Shown here: piece after piece, positions 39,005 through 48,714 of the stretch
Numbering within the stretch: position 1 is the first letter of the stretch
Layout: the number at the start of each line of letters is the position of its first letter
Source of the DNA: Candidatus Falkowbacteria bacterium
GTDB lineage: Bacteria > Patescibacteriota > Patescibacteriia > Patescibacteriales > UBA12465
NCBI GenBank assembly: GCA_016432645.1
Contig: CP066698.1
Location: 133,062-197,061, forward strand
Length of the DNA: 64,000 nt
Direction: 5' to 3'
Made by a program: the position numbers and the translations under genes
Notes under the pieces: model-generated
What the model was told of the DNA's origin: nothing
Databases searched by the model: none
What the model saw: only the letters and a program-made list of their open reading frames with translations

Positions 39005-39475
39005 ATGAAAGTTTTAATTATTTTTGATTCTATGTATGGCAATACGGAAATTATCGCGCGTGATATTGCCAAAGCTTTTCCTCAGGAAAATATGCGTTTG
39101 CTTAATGTCAAAGAAGTAAAAGTAGCTGATTTGTTGGATGTTCAGCTCTTAATTGTCGGCTCGCCGACTTATGGTGGCCGCCCCAAACAAGAAACTCAAA
39201 CATTTTTGGAAATGATTCCGGACGCCGCTTTAACTGGTAAAAAGGTGGCTGCTTTTGATACTAGGTTTCTGGCCGCAGAACAAAGTTTTGGTTTACGGCT
39301 TTTAATGAAAACAATCGGTTACGCCGCGCCGCGGATTTTAAAAATTCTCGTTGCGAAGGGCGGAGAGGCTATTTCGGCGCCCGAAGGTTTTATTGTTCAG
39401 GGTAAGCAGGGAGCGCTTAAGGACGGAGAAAGGGAACGGGCAGCTCTTTGGGGAAAAAACTTGTCGTTATCTTAA
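39005..39475 (+). CDS. Flavodoxin
   Basis: SMYGNT, GSPTYGG, AAFDT. Confidence 0.92.
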   Translation: MKVLIIFDSMYGNTEIIARDIAKAFPQENMRLLNVKEVKVADLLDVQLLIVGSPTYGGRPKQETQTFLEMIPDAALTGKKVAAFDTRFLAAEQSFGLRLLMKTIGYAAPRILKILVAKGGEAISAPEGFIVQGKQGALKDGERERAALWGKNLSLS

Positions 39476-39526
39476 AAAAGTATTAAACTTATAATAGTTA
39501 ATATTAAACTAAAAAATAAAAAAAGT

Positions 39527-39958
39527 ATGAACAAAAAAGGTTTTACCTTAATAGAACTTTTGGTGGTAATTGCTATCATTGGACTATTAACAACCATGTC
39601 AGTGCTGGCTCTGCAATCATCTCGAGCTAGAGCCCGCGATGCTAAACGTTTAAGCGATGTTAAGCAATTACAGACTGCCCTCGGTTTGTATGAACACGAT
39701 GCTCAATCTTACCCGGCAACCGCCAGCATCACTCCCGGTGCATCTATAAGCTACAACGGCGTCGTTTATATGGCGCTTATTCCGGCTCCGCCAATTCCTG
39801 ATGACGGTTGCTCTGGTTCAACTCAATATACCTATGCCATGCAAACTGTTAGTGGGGATCAAACTTCATACACGCTTAAGTACTGTTTGGGCGCGACCAC
39901 GGCCGAAATTCCTTCTGGTCTTAATGTTGCCACCCCAGCTGGTATTACTAGCGAATAA
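39527..39958 (+). CDS. Type IV pilin
   Basis: G|FTLIELLVVIAIIG prepilin motif; ARDAKRLSD. Confidence 0.93.
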   Translation: MNKKGFTLIELLVVIAIIGLLTTMSVLALQSSRARARDAKRLSDVKQLQTALGLYEHDAQSYPATASITPGASISYNGVVYMALIPAPPIPDDGCSGSTQYTYAMQTVSGDQTSYTLKYCLGATTAEIPSGLNVATPAGITSE

Positions 39959-39972
39959 TATACAATATATTG

Positions 39973-41109
39973 ATGGATGTTTATCAGGAGTCGTTAGCAC
40001 TTCATAAAAAATATCAAGGAAAATTGGAAGTTCGGAGCAAAGTGCCGCTTGGCAGCCGCTCCGAACTTTCTTTGGCTTATAGCCCTGGAGTGGCCGAAAT
40101 TTCTCGAGCCATCGCCGCAGACAAATCTTTAGCGGCCAGCCTAACTCTTAAGGGTAATACGGTGGCGGTTATTAGCGATGGCAGCGCTATTTTAGGTTTA
40201 GGCAATTTAGGCCCCGAAGCGGCTTTGCCGGTTATGGAAGGGAAATGCGTACTTTTTAAAGAGTTCGCTGGGGTTGATGCTTTCCCGATTTGTTTAGCAA
40301 CTCAAGATGAGGAAGAAATAATTAAAACCGTTAAATTAATTGCCTCTAATTTTGGCGGCATTAACTTGGAAGATATTTCCGCTCCCCGGTGTTTTAACAT
40401 CGAAGCACGGTTGAAAGCAGAACTAGATATTCCGGTAATGCATGATGATCAGCATGGTACCGCGACTGTGGTTCTAGCTGGTTTGATAAATTCTTTAAAG
40501 TTGCGAAGTTTGGATAAAACTGAAGCGCGGCTGGTTATTAGCGGCGCCGGAGCAGCTGGTGATGCGATTGCTAAAATTTTAATTGATTACGGATTTATTA
40601 ATATAATCGTAGTTGACCGGGAGGGAGCAATTTATGAGGGGCGGCCCGGCCTTAATGAAGCCAAGATTAAATTAGCAGCCTTTACAAACCGCGAAAAAAA
40701 ATCCGGCAGCTTGGAGGCAATAATCAAAGATGCTCATGTTTTTATCGGTGTGAGCGCTCCCGGAATTTTAAGCCCGGAGATGATAAAAACGATGGCTGAA
40801 AAACCAATTATCTTTGCGCTGGCTAATCCGATTCCGGAAATTATGCCTGACATGGCTGAAGTGGCGGGGGCATTTATTGTTGCCACCGGACGCAGTGATT
40901 TTAAAAATCAAATCAATAATGTCTTGGCGTTCCCGGGAATTTTTCGCGGGGCGCTGGATAATAAAGTCAAACAAATTACTGATTCCATGCTGGTTCGAGC
41001 CGCTGAAAATCTAGCTGCTTTGGTTGTCGCCCCAAATACGTCATTAATTTTACCTGACCCCTTTGATAAGCAAGTGGCGCTCGCCGTCGCCAGAGCAATT
41101 TTTGAATAA
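39973..41109 (+). CDS. NAD(P)-dependent malic enzyme
   Basis: AYSPGVA, VMEGK, NLEDI, HDDQHGTA, GAGAAG, NQINN. Confidence 0.95.
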   Translation: MDVYQESLALHKKYQGKLEVRSKVPLGSRSELSLAYSPGVAEISRAIAADKSLAASLTLKGNTVAVISDGSAILGLGNLGPEAALPVMEGKCVLFKEFAGVDAFPICLATQDEEEIIKTVKLIASNFGGINLEDISAPRCFNIEARLKAELDIPVMHDDQHGTATVVLAGLINSLKLRSLDKTEARLVISGAGAAGDAIAKILIDYGFINIIVVDREGAIYEGRPGLNEAKIKLAAFTNREKKSGSLEAIIKDAHVFIGVSAPGILSPEMIKTMAEKPIIFALANPIPEIMPDMAEVAGAFIVATGRSDFKNQINNVLAFPGIFRGALDNKVKQITDSMLVRAAENLAALVVAPNTSLILPDPFDKQVALAVARAIFE

Positions 41110-41150
41110 TAAAAAAGCTAAATTTATATATAATTATTAATTATAAAAAT

Positions 41151-42020
41151 ATGAAAAAACTACTTGCTATTTCGTTAGCAGCAATCATGATTTTTTCCTT
41201 TGTAGCCTTGTCGCCAATTTTGGCGGAGCAGGAACAAGAACAGGAAAGAGAACAAGAGCACAAATCTACCAGCACAACGTCCGTAAAGCCGGAATCAAAT
41301 GACATTAAAACTAGACAATTAATGTCCAGTCTCGAGAAAATTTTAACACCCGAGCAAATTAAGAATTTTACTAACATCGTTCGACAGGGTAATAGCCTTT
41401 ATGGCGTGAGAAAAATGGCCAGCAGTACGGAAGCTGAGCGTGTAGCTAGCACTACTCCGGAAAAAGATAAAGGAAATGGCAATAATTTATCCAGACAATT
41501 TGAAAAAATTGCCGCTCCTTGGCTGCTCCATCAATATGAACAGATTAAAAAAGTGGGAACGGCTCTTTGGGGTTTAAAGAAGATGGACGGCGATAAAAAT
41601 CAAGAGCCAAAAAAAGCCAGCTCTACTCCTAAATACGTAACTTCCAGCCAATCAGCTTGTGTTATCAGCGCTATTAAGACCAAAGACGCGGCTCTTAAAA
41701 CTAATAATGATGCGACTACCTTAGCCTTTAATAATGCTATTTCTAGCCGTACTACTTGCCAAGAGGCAGCAATTAATGCGACCGTAGCTGCGACCTCTAC
41801 TCCTGATTTAATAAAACAACAGCGCTCCGAACTGCAGCTTTGTTTACAGGCTTTTAAAGAAAGTGCTCATAGTATTAAAGAAAAAGCAGCCGCTGATCAT
41901 AAAACAGTTTGGACGGCTTACCTTAACGAATTAAAAATTTGCGGAAACTCCACTAGCACTGCGGAGGCCTTAATGGTTGAGGATGGTGGCGGGAATATTC
42001 TAGAAGGTATTATGGAATAA
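41151..42020 (+). CDS. Secreted hypothetical protein with duplicated motif
   Basis: Signal peptide; EKI-x2-P...G-x2-L-Y/W-G twice; four spaced Cys in helical C-terminus. Confidence 0.75.
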   Translation: MKKLLAISLAAIMIFSFVALSPILAEQEQEQEREQEHKSTSTTSVKPESNDIKTRQLMSSLEKILTPEQIKNFTNIVRQGNSLYGVRKMASSTEAERVASTTPEKDKGNGNNLSRQFEKIAAPWLLHQYEQIKKVGTALWGLKKMDGDKNQEPKKASSTPKYVTSSQSACVISAIKTKDAALKTNNDATTLAFNNAISSRTTCQEAAINATVAATSTPDLIKQQRSELQLCLQAFKESAHSIKEKAAADHKTVWTAYLNELKICGNSTSTAEALMVEDGGGNILEGIME

Positions 42021-42083
42021 AATATTCACTCCTAGTTAAAAGATAAAAAATAAAAAGGTATTCTTGGAAGAATACCTTTTTTG

Positions 42084-42236
42084 TTATTGAGGAGGCAGTG
42101 TTATCATTGCTAATAAGTTGGAAATAAGAGTCAAAATTTTGACCAAAATTTCGTTAGCAAGACTAACTGTCTCTGGAGGCAAACACCATCTGAGTACTAG
42201 AATGGCTAATAACAGGGCTAAAAAATTCTTAAACAT
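42084..42236 (-). CDS. 50-aa small hydrophobic protein (not in ORF track)
   Basis: MFKNFLALLLAILVLRWCLPPETVSLANEILVKILTLISNLLAMITLPPQ; promoter TTGACA(42370-42365)-17nt-TATTCT; ends at bidirectional terminator 42052-42082. Confidence 0.6.
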   Translation of the reverse strand: MFKNFLALLLAILVLRWCLPPETVSLANEILVKILTLISNLLAMITLPPQ

Positions 42237-42439
42237 ATGTTTAAGGGTTAGGGGTAAAGATTTAACATCTTTTTACCCCCAGCAAATTTTAGCTGCTGCC
42301 ATTGGTTTGCCCTATATTTATATTTAGAAAGAACTAATTATAGAATATCAAATAATTTAATTTTTGTCAAGTGGTTTAATTTAGCCTAAAATCTGATATA
42401 ATTAAGCTTAACTTTAGTTTTTATATTTAAATTTATTTT

Positions 42440-44665
42440 ATGTCTCCAAAAATTTATTTACGCTTACTTCAAGGAGGTTTGATAGCTTCGTTGTTTTTTG
42501 TTCTCTTTGTTTTTCCAGGCCTACTGTTCCCATACATTAGCTCTAAACAGCTGCCTTTTAATATCTTAATGGAATTATTGGCCGCTATTTGGCTGGTCTT
42601 TATTTGGCGTTATCCGGAATTTCGGCCGCGACTTAATTTAATGATTTATGGATTATTGGCTTATTTGGCTGCCATCCTGCTTTCTTGTTTTACCGGTGTT
42701 GATTTTAATTTGAGTTTTTGGGGAGATATTGAAAGATTGCTAGGGTTTTTCCAGATTTTCCACTTCTTAATTTTTTTCTTTATTTTAATTACAGTTTTTC
42801 GCAGTTGGCCAGAATGGCGGGCGCTTTTGTTTTCTTCGGTTGCTGTTGCCGTGTTAGTCAGTCTTTGGGGGCTATTAGGAAAAAATTCTTACAGCACTAT
42901 CGGCAACACCGCCTATGTCAGCGGTTATTTAATTTTCAACCTGTTTTTCAGCGTCCTTTTATTTTTACGGACGCGCTCTAATTGGCGCTTTACTTACGCT
43001 GTTCCGGTTTTATTGATGCTTTTGCAATTTAAGAACATGCACACTTCCGGCGCGATTATCGGGTTAGCGGCTAGCATATTTTTGATTATTCTGTTGGTTG
43101 GGATTTTGAGTGTCAATAAAAAACTCAAATATAGTTTATTGGGATTTTTTGCCTTAGGAGTAATAGCTATAATTTTTTTGTTCTCCCAGCAGCACGCCGC
43201 TTGGTTTGAAACTAGTTTTTTGCGTAATTTAACCGCCCAAAAAGCGACTTTCCAAACACGCCTGCTTTCTTGGGAGGGGGCAGCCAGAGATTTTAAATAT
43301 CATCCTTGGCTCGGCACCGGGTTCGGTAATTATGCCATTATTTTTGATAAACAATTCAATCCCAAGTTCCTTAATTATGATCGAGTGGAGACTTATTTTG
43401 ATAGAGCCCATAACAATCTGATTGACATTGTTTCTACTACTGGATTAATCGGGCTGCTTACTTATTTAAGCATCTTTGTGTTTGTGTTGTTTTATCTTTA
43501 CTCAGAGTTTAAGAAGAATGGTTTTAAAATCAGCCAAGAAGCCGCCGGCCGCCGCAATTTGGAGCTTGTATTTATATTAGGCCTGCTTGCTGCTTATTTC
43601 ATTCAAAATCTGGCAGTCTTTGACTCATTGGTGACATATATTGCCTTAATGATAACCCTCGGGTTTGTTTATTGGTTGCCGAAAGAAGAGGCTTTGGCGG
43701 CAGCGGAATCAAATCAGGTTAGGGAATCAAGCTTCCTAAAAAATGAAGAGCGTGAATGGCTGGCTTTAATTGGGTTATTGATTATTGCTTTAATTCCCGT
43801 TTTTCAATTTAACGTTAAGCCTTTGAAAATGATGAGCGGGGTAATTACTGGTTATTCGGAAATTTTACGCGGCAAAAGCGAATTAGGAATTAATGACTTT
43901 AAAGCAAGTTTGACAGGCACGCCCTTGGATCGCGATGGCCGTTCAGTATTGATAAATTTGGCTCTAGGTAATCCTGATTTCTTATCAACTCTAGAATCAT
44001 ACAAACTTGGAGCCGCTTATAATTATATTGTTTCGCTTTCGGAGGCTAATTTAAAATATAATCCCCAGGATAATTTAGCTAATTTACAGCTAGCGCAGGT
44101 TTATGATTTAGGTGGGCGTATTTTTTATCAAGATGAAGCAAAGGGCCGTGAATATTTTAATAAAGCAATCGCCCAAGTTGAAAAAGCTATTGCCGCCAGT
44201 CCCGGACGCATTCCGGTTTATTTTGCTAAGGCCCAGTCGCTATTTTTGAACGGTCAAGTTGATGAGGCGATTGACGTTTTAAATTACGCGGCTAGTTTGA
44301 ACCCCGATTTTCCCTATACCTATTGCCGCTTAGCCCAAGTGTATATCATGGGTGACAAGATGGACCAAGTTAAGGATAGTTTAGATAAATGTATTGATGG
44401 CGAGGCCGCCGGCCAGCTCGGTAACGGCAATTCTTTGATGAGCGCGGCTTCTTATTTGGTTGAGCAAAAAGATTTTCCACGGGCCATAAAAGTGGTAGAA
44501 AAATTGACAGAGAACTACGGTGATAATGCCGATGTTTGGTTTAATTTAACCAAGCTCTATCTGATTGTCGGCGATGTTGATAAAGCGGCGACAGCAGCGC
44601 AAAAAACTATTGCTATTGATGCTAAGTACCAAAAGCAAATTGAAGATTTGTTCCCGACTAATTAA
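42440..44665 (+). CDS. O-antigen ligase-like (Wzy_C) protein with C-terminal TPRs; probable protein O-glycosyltransferase
   Basis: Multi-TM; STIGN, R-x3-W, LGTGFGNY, DRAHN; TPR-like tail. Confidence 0.88.
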   Translation: MSPKIYLRLLQGGLIASLFFVLFVFPGLLFPYISSKQLPFNILMELLAAIWLVFIWRYPEFRPRLNLMIYGLLAYLAAILLSCFTGVDFNLSFWGDIERLLGFFQIFHFLIFFFILITVFRSWPEWRALLFSSVAVAVLVSLWGLLGKNSYSTIGNTAYVSGYLIFNLFFSVLLFLRTRSNWRFTYAVPVLLMLLQFKNMHTSGAIIGLAASIFLIILLVGILSVNKKLKYSLLGFFALGVIAIIFLFSQQHAAWFETSFLRNLTAQKATFQTRLLSWEGAARDFKYHPWLGTGFGNYAIIFDKQFNPKFLNYDRVETYFDRAHNNLIDIVSTTGLIGLLTYLSIFVFVLFYLYSEFKKNGFKISQEAAGRRNLELVFILGLLAAYFIQNLAVFDSLVTYIALMITLGFVYWLPKEEALAAAESNQVRESSFLKNEEREWLALIGLLIIALIPVFQFNVKPLKMMSGVITGYSEILRGKSELGINDFKASLTGTPLDRDGRSVLINLALGNPDFLSTLESYKLGAAYNYIVSLSEANLKYNPQDNLANLQLAQVYDLGGRIFYQDEAKGREYFNKAIAQVEKAIAASPGRIPVYFAKAQSLFLNGQVDEAIDVLNYAASLNPDFPYTYCRLAQVYIMGDKMDQVKDSLDKCIDGEAAGQLGNGNSLMSAASYLVEQKDFPRAIKVVEKLTENYGDNADVWFNLTKLYLIVGDVDKAATAAQKTIAIDAKYQKQIEDLFPTN

Positions 44666-44757
44666 AATTAATCCCCCAAAGAACCGCTTCTGCTATTGAC
44701 AGGAGAGGTTTTTTAGTATATATTTAAACCCACGTACATTTTAAAAAATAGATAATC

Positions 44758-45132
44758 ATGACAGAAAGAAAGAATGAAATTGTTGGCAAAATTGACCCTA
44801 AAATTATGGGTCGCATTGAGGACTTAAAGAAGAAATTGGAAGCTTTGCTTCAGGGACCGAGCCCTGTAAATCTGGCAATAATTCGTTGCAACGGTTATTT
44901 CCGTGAATTTCTGCGTGAGTATGACCGTAAAAAGTTTGTCTTTGCTCCCGGAGATATTCTGATTGATCACAGCGATGTTATGTTTATTTGTTTGGGTATT
45001 GGAAAATCTCCCGACCCTATGGAAGGGCAGGTGTTGTGGTTTTTATCCGAAAGAGATAAAGAGCCTCATTATTTTTCTGAACATATGCCGGAGCAGATGA
45101 AAAAAAATTACGCCTTGGTTTTGGCGGCGTGA
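44758..45132 (+). CDS. Hypothetical protein
   Basis: Own TTGACA promoter (44696) and terminator (45153-45183). Confidence 0.65.
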   Translation: MTERKNEIVGKIDPKIMGRIEDLKKKLEALLQGPSPVNLAIIRCNGYFREFLREYDRKKFVFAPGDILIDHSDVMFICLGIGKSPDPMEGQVLWFLSERDKEPHYFSEHMPEQMKKNYALVLAA

Positions 45133-45239
45133 TATCTGAATTTTGCCATTTTGAACCCGTCTTTTTTGAAGGCGGGTTTTTTATTGGTTTGAAATTACCC
45201 CAAAAAGCGCTATAATTAAATCACTTATGAATTAATCAG

Positions 45240-45344
45240 GCGATTAAGTTATTCTCGGAGCGAATATTTTTTCGTTAAGTAAAAATTAATGTTAATTAAT
45301 TTTTACCACAGAAAAAATCCTGAGCGAAAGAATAGCTTAAGCGC
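45240..45344 (+). promoter_or_regulatory. Structured 5' leader of iscS-iscU
   Basis: 16-nt arms 45240-45255 and 45329-45344 enclose a 12-bp perfect hairpin and a small hairpin. Confidence 0.5.
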
Positions 45345-45351
45345 ATACTAT

Positions 45352-46506
45352 ATGCAGGTATATTTAGATAATGCGGCCACGACTAAGCTGGATCCGCGAG
45401 TTTTAAAAAAAATGGAGCCATATTTCTCTAAGGAATATGGCAATGCCTCCTCTATCCATGATTTAGGCCAGAGTGCTTTTCGCGATTTAATCAAGGCCAA
45501 AACGACCATTGCTCGGTTAATCGGCGGAGAAGCTAACGGTGTGATTTTTACTTCCGGAGCCACCGAGGCCAACAACCTGATTATTAAAGGTGTGGCTCTT
45601 GCCAATAGGACGGAGAAGAAGAATAAAATTATTGTTTCCAGTATTGAGCATCCCTGCGTGATGGAGTCGGCGAAATTTTTAGCCCGCGCTGGATTTAAAG
45701 TGGAGTTTATCCCCGTTAATGCTGAAGGGTTAATTGAACCAAAAGAACTGGAAAAATTAATTGATAAAGAAACCATTTTAGTTTCGGTAATGGCGGTTAA
45801 TAATGAAATTGGAACGATTCAAGATATTGAAGCATTGGCCAAGATTGCTCATGCTCACGGCGCTTATTTTCATACCGATGCGGTGCAGGCTGTCCCGTAT
45901 TTAAAATTAGACGTCAAAAAAATGGGCATTGATTTTTTAAGTTTATCGGCTCACAAATTCTATGGCCCTAAAGGAGCTGGCGTGGCCTATCTTAATCGTC
46001 AAGTTAAAGTTCAACCACAAATTATCGGTGGTGGCCAAGAAGATGGGCTCCGGGCCGGAACTTATAATTTGCCTGGTATTATCGGACTCGCGGCTGCTTT
46101 AGAATTAGCTTATAAAGAAAGAAACCTTTATTTAAAAAAAGTTGCCACTTTGCGCGATTATTTCTGGAAAAAAATTAAGCAGGAAATTCCCGAAGTTAAA
46201 CTTAATGGCAGCCTGAAAAAACGGGTGCCGGCTAATTTAAATATTATGTTTGGCTATATTGAAGGCGAAGCTATTTTAATGGATCTCTCTTATAAGGGGG
46301 TCTATGTTTCCACTGGTTCAGCCTGTTCAGCTTCAGACTTACGCGCTTCATATGTACTAAAATCAATGGGGCTTAATAAAAATTTTTTAAACAGCAACAT
46401 CCGCTTTTCTTTGGGGCGTTTCAATACTAAAGAGGGAATTGATTATACAATTAAGGCCTTAAAGGCCACAGTTAAGCGCTTGCGCAGCTTCTCACCAATT
46501 AATTAA
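45352..46506 (+). CDS. iscS: Cysteine desulfurase
   Basis: YLDNAATT, FTSGATE, HTDAVQ, SAHKFYGPKG, STGSACS. Confidence 0.95.
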   Translation: MQVYLDNAATTKLDPRVLKKMEPYFSKEYGNASSIHDLGQSAFRDLIKAKTTIARLIGGEANGVIFTSGATEANNLIIKGVALANRTEKKNKIIVSSIEHPCVMESAKFLARAGFKVEFIPVNAEGLIEPKELEKLIDKETILVSVMAVNNEIGTIQDIEALAKIAHAHGAYFHTDAVQAVPYLKLDVKKMGIDFLSLSAHKFYGPKGAGVAYLNRQVKVQPQIIGGGQEDGLRAGTYNLPGIIGLAAALELAYKERNLYLKKVATLRDYFWKKIKQEIPEVKLNGSLKKRVPANLNIMFGYIEGEAILMDLSYKGVYVSTGSACSASDLRASYVLKSMGLNKNFLNSNIRFSLGRFNTKEGIDYTIKALKATVKRLRSFSPIN

Positions 46507-46515
46507 TTATATTAT

Positions 46516-46977
46516 ATGGCTTTAAATTATACTAAAAAAACTCTGGATAATTTTCTTAAACCAAAGAACGTTGGAAAAATTAGTCAACCGGATGGCTATG
46601 CCCAAATCGGCAATATGGTTTGCGGCGATCAGCTGGATTTTTTCTTGAAAGTGGAGAAGGGAAAGATAAAGGATGTAAAATTTTTATCTTTTGGTTGTGC
46701 GTCTAATATTGCTACCGCCTCAATATTAACAGAAAAAGTTAAGGGCATGACGGTCGAGGCGGCTAAAAAATATCCTTGGCAAAAAGTAGTTGAGGAGCTT
46801 GGCGGTCTGCCTAATCAAAAAGTCCATTGTTCGGTAATGGCGGTTGACGGCTTGAAAAAAGCTATTGCTGATTATGAAAAGAGCCTAGCGGCAAGTAAGA
46901 AAAAACCGGTTACAAAGCTTAAAAAGATAGAGACCAAGAAAACCGGGTCCAAAAAGAAAACATCTCGGAAAAAATAA
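46516..46977 (+). CDS. iscU: Fe-S scaffold IscU/NifU-N with Lys-rich tail
   Basis: GNMVCGD, FGCAS, KVHCS. Confidence 0.93.
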   Translation: MALNYTKKTLDNFLKPKNVGKISQPDGYAQIGNMVCGDQLDFFLKVEKGKIKDVKFLSFGCASNIATASILTEKVKGMTVEAAKKYPWQKVVEELGGLPNQKVHCSVMAVDGLKKAIADYEKSLAASKKKPVTKLKKIETKKTGSKKKTSRKK

Positions 46978-47034
46978 CTAAACAAAAACACCCCTGACGG
47001 GGTGTTTTTTGTATTTACAATCTATTTTGATCTA

Positions 47035-47292
47035 TTAGAATCTTTTTTCTAGAGGGCGGGCTTCGTTAACAACGACACGGCGTCCATCTAATTCTTGATT
47101 GTTGTACATCGCAATCGCGGCATCCGCGTCAGCGTCATTTTCCATTTCGACGAAACCAAAGCCTTTAGAGCGATGGGTCATACGATCGGTAATGATTACA
47201 GCGGAGAGAACTTTTCCAGCTTTAGCAAAAGCTTCAGCTAAACCTTCCTCAGTTGTCTTGAAAGACAAACCGCCGACAAATAATTTTTTCAT
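47035..47292 (-). CDS. RRM RNA-binding protein
   Basis: LFVGGL and SKGFGFVEM RNP motifs. Confidence 0.95.
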   Translation of the reverse strand: MKKLFVGGLSFKTTEEGLAEAFAKAGKVLSAVIITDRMTHRSKGFGFVEMENDADADAAIAMYNNQELDGRRVVVNEARPLEKRF

Positions 47293-47427
47293 CTTGTTTG
47301 ACTATACTTATTTTATAAATGTAAGACGACCTTTGATTAAAGAAAAAAGCGAATTTAGGATTCGCTCTTTCTTTAAAAAATGCTTACCTGTGAAGTATTA
47401 TATCCTATTTATGTGGATAAGTCAAGA

Positions 47428-48168
47428 TTAGGAGATAACCACTTTAACGCCAGGAGTCATTGAGGCGGCGATACTGATATTCTTTAAGAAACTACCTTTA
47501 GCCGAGCTTGGTTTGGCTTTTCTAACAGTTTCTAGAAGGGTTTGATAGTTTTCAGCTAGTTTAGAGCTCTCAAAACTGATTTTCCCGATAACGGCGTGTA
47601 AATTGCCGGTATCGTCATTTTTGAAGCTAATTTTGCCCTTTTTAAGCTCCTCAACAGCCTTTACTGGATTCATGGTAACGGTATCGTTCTTTGGAGAAGG
47701 CATTAAGCCTCTAGTACCTAGAATTTTGGCGATAACGGCCAAATTTTTCATCATCCCCGGTTCGGCAATGGCGACTTCAAAGTCAGTTTTTTCGGTTTTC
47801 TTGATTTCAGCGACCAATTCTTCGCCACCGACAAAATCCGCTCCAGCAGCCTTAACGGCCTTTTCATTTTCTGGTGAGACAAAAGCCGCAATTTTAACGG
47901 TTTTACCGGTTCCATTAGGAAGGCTAACGGCACCGCGAACTTGCTGGTCGCCTTTTTTGGTATTGATACCGAGGCGGAAATGAACTTCCACGGAAGCGTC
48001 AAATTTGGTTTTGTTTAATTTCTTAACAATTTCCAAAGCTTCGTTGATGTTATAAGCTTGATTTTTGTCGTAAATTGCAGAGAAATCTTTCTTTTTCGCT
48101 ACTGCCTTAACAACAGGAGCAGCTTTTTTTGAGGTTTTTTTAACTTTTTCAGCTTTTTCTTTAGCCAT
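47428..48168 (-). CDS. rplA: 50S ribosomal protein L1
   Basis: KFDASVE, QQVRG, LGTRGLMPSPK; ATG 48168. Confidence 0.97.
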   Translation of the reverse strand: MAKEKAEKVKKTSKKAAPVVKAVAKKKDFSAIYDKNQAYNINEALEIVKKLNKTKFDASVEVHFRLGINTKKGDQQVRGAVSLPNGTGKTVKIAAFVSPENEKAVKAAGADFVGGEELVAEIKKTEKTDFEVAIAEPGMMKNLAVIAKILGTRGLMPSPKNDTVTMNPVKAVEELKKGKISFKNDDTGNLHAVIGKISFESSKLAENYQTLLETVRKAKPSSAKGSFLKNISIAASMTPGVKVVIS

Positions 48169-48177
48169 ATGTTTTTC

Positions 48178-48224
48178 GTGGTTTAACGTCGGCGACTGTC
48201 TTAGCAACAGAGCCTGACTCCCAC
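48178..48224 (-). promoter_or_regulatory. L1-binding autoregulatory RNA between rplK and rplA
   Basis: GTGGGAG...AACCAC core, as in Firmicutes-type L1 operator sites. Confidence 0.7.
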
Positions 48225-48233
48225 AATTAATTA

Positions 48234-48659
48234 TTATTTTTTAATTTCCACGCCCATTTGTCTGGCGGTGCCAGCGATGATGTTTTTGGCGGCCTCAACG
48301 TCGCGAGCATTTAAGTCGGGCATCTTAGCGAGAGCAATTTCTTCCAATTGCTTTTCGGTAATTGAACCAATTTTCTCGGTTAATGGTTTACCGGAACCCT
48401 TTTTGATACCAGCTGCTTTTTTAATCAGTTCGCTGGCTGGGGAAGTCTTTAAAATGAAGTCAAAGCTTCTATCTTCGTAGACGGTAATTTCTACCGGAAC
48501 GACATCACCCATTTTATCTTTGGTTTTATCATTAAATTGCTTGCAGAATTCAGCAATGTTTAAACCGTGTTGGCCTAAAGCTGGACCGACTGGAGGTGCT
48601 GGATTAGCTTGGCCGCCGGCAATCTGTAATTTAATTTTTGTTTTTATCTTTTTTGCCAT
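48234..48659 (-). CDS. rplK: 50S ribosomal protein L11
   Basis: [15 protein letters not shown]. Confidence 0.98.
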   Translation of the reverse strand: MAKKIKTKIKLQIAGGQANPAPPVGPALGQHGLNIAEFCKQFNDKTKDKMGDVVPVEITVYEDRSFDFILKTSPASELIKKAAGIKKGSGKPLTEKIGSITEKQLEEIALAKMPDLNARDVEAAKNIIAGTARQMGVEIKK

Positions 48660-48714
48660 ATTAATGTGTTTTTGGGACGTAGAAGCGCCGCCCGGATTTA
48701 TATTATTTTCTTAA

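Noticed and set aside
42118..42327. 69-aa plus-strand ORF, and a c-di-GMP-I riboswitch call for AGGGCAAACCA on the minus strand
   Set aside because: The ORF is antisense to a better-supported small gene; the GNRA tetraloop, GACGCAAA and receptor of c-di-GMP-I are missing.
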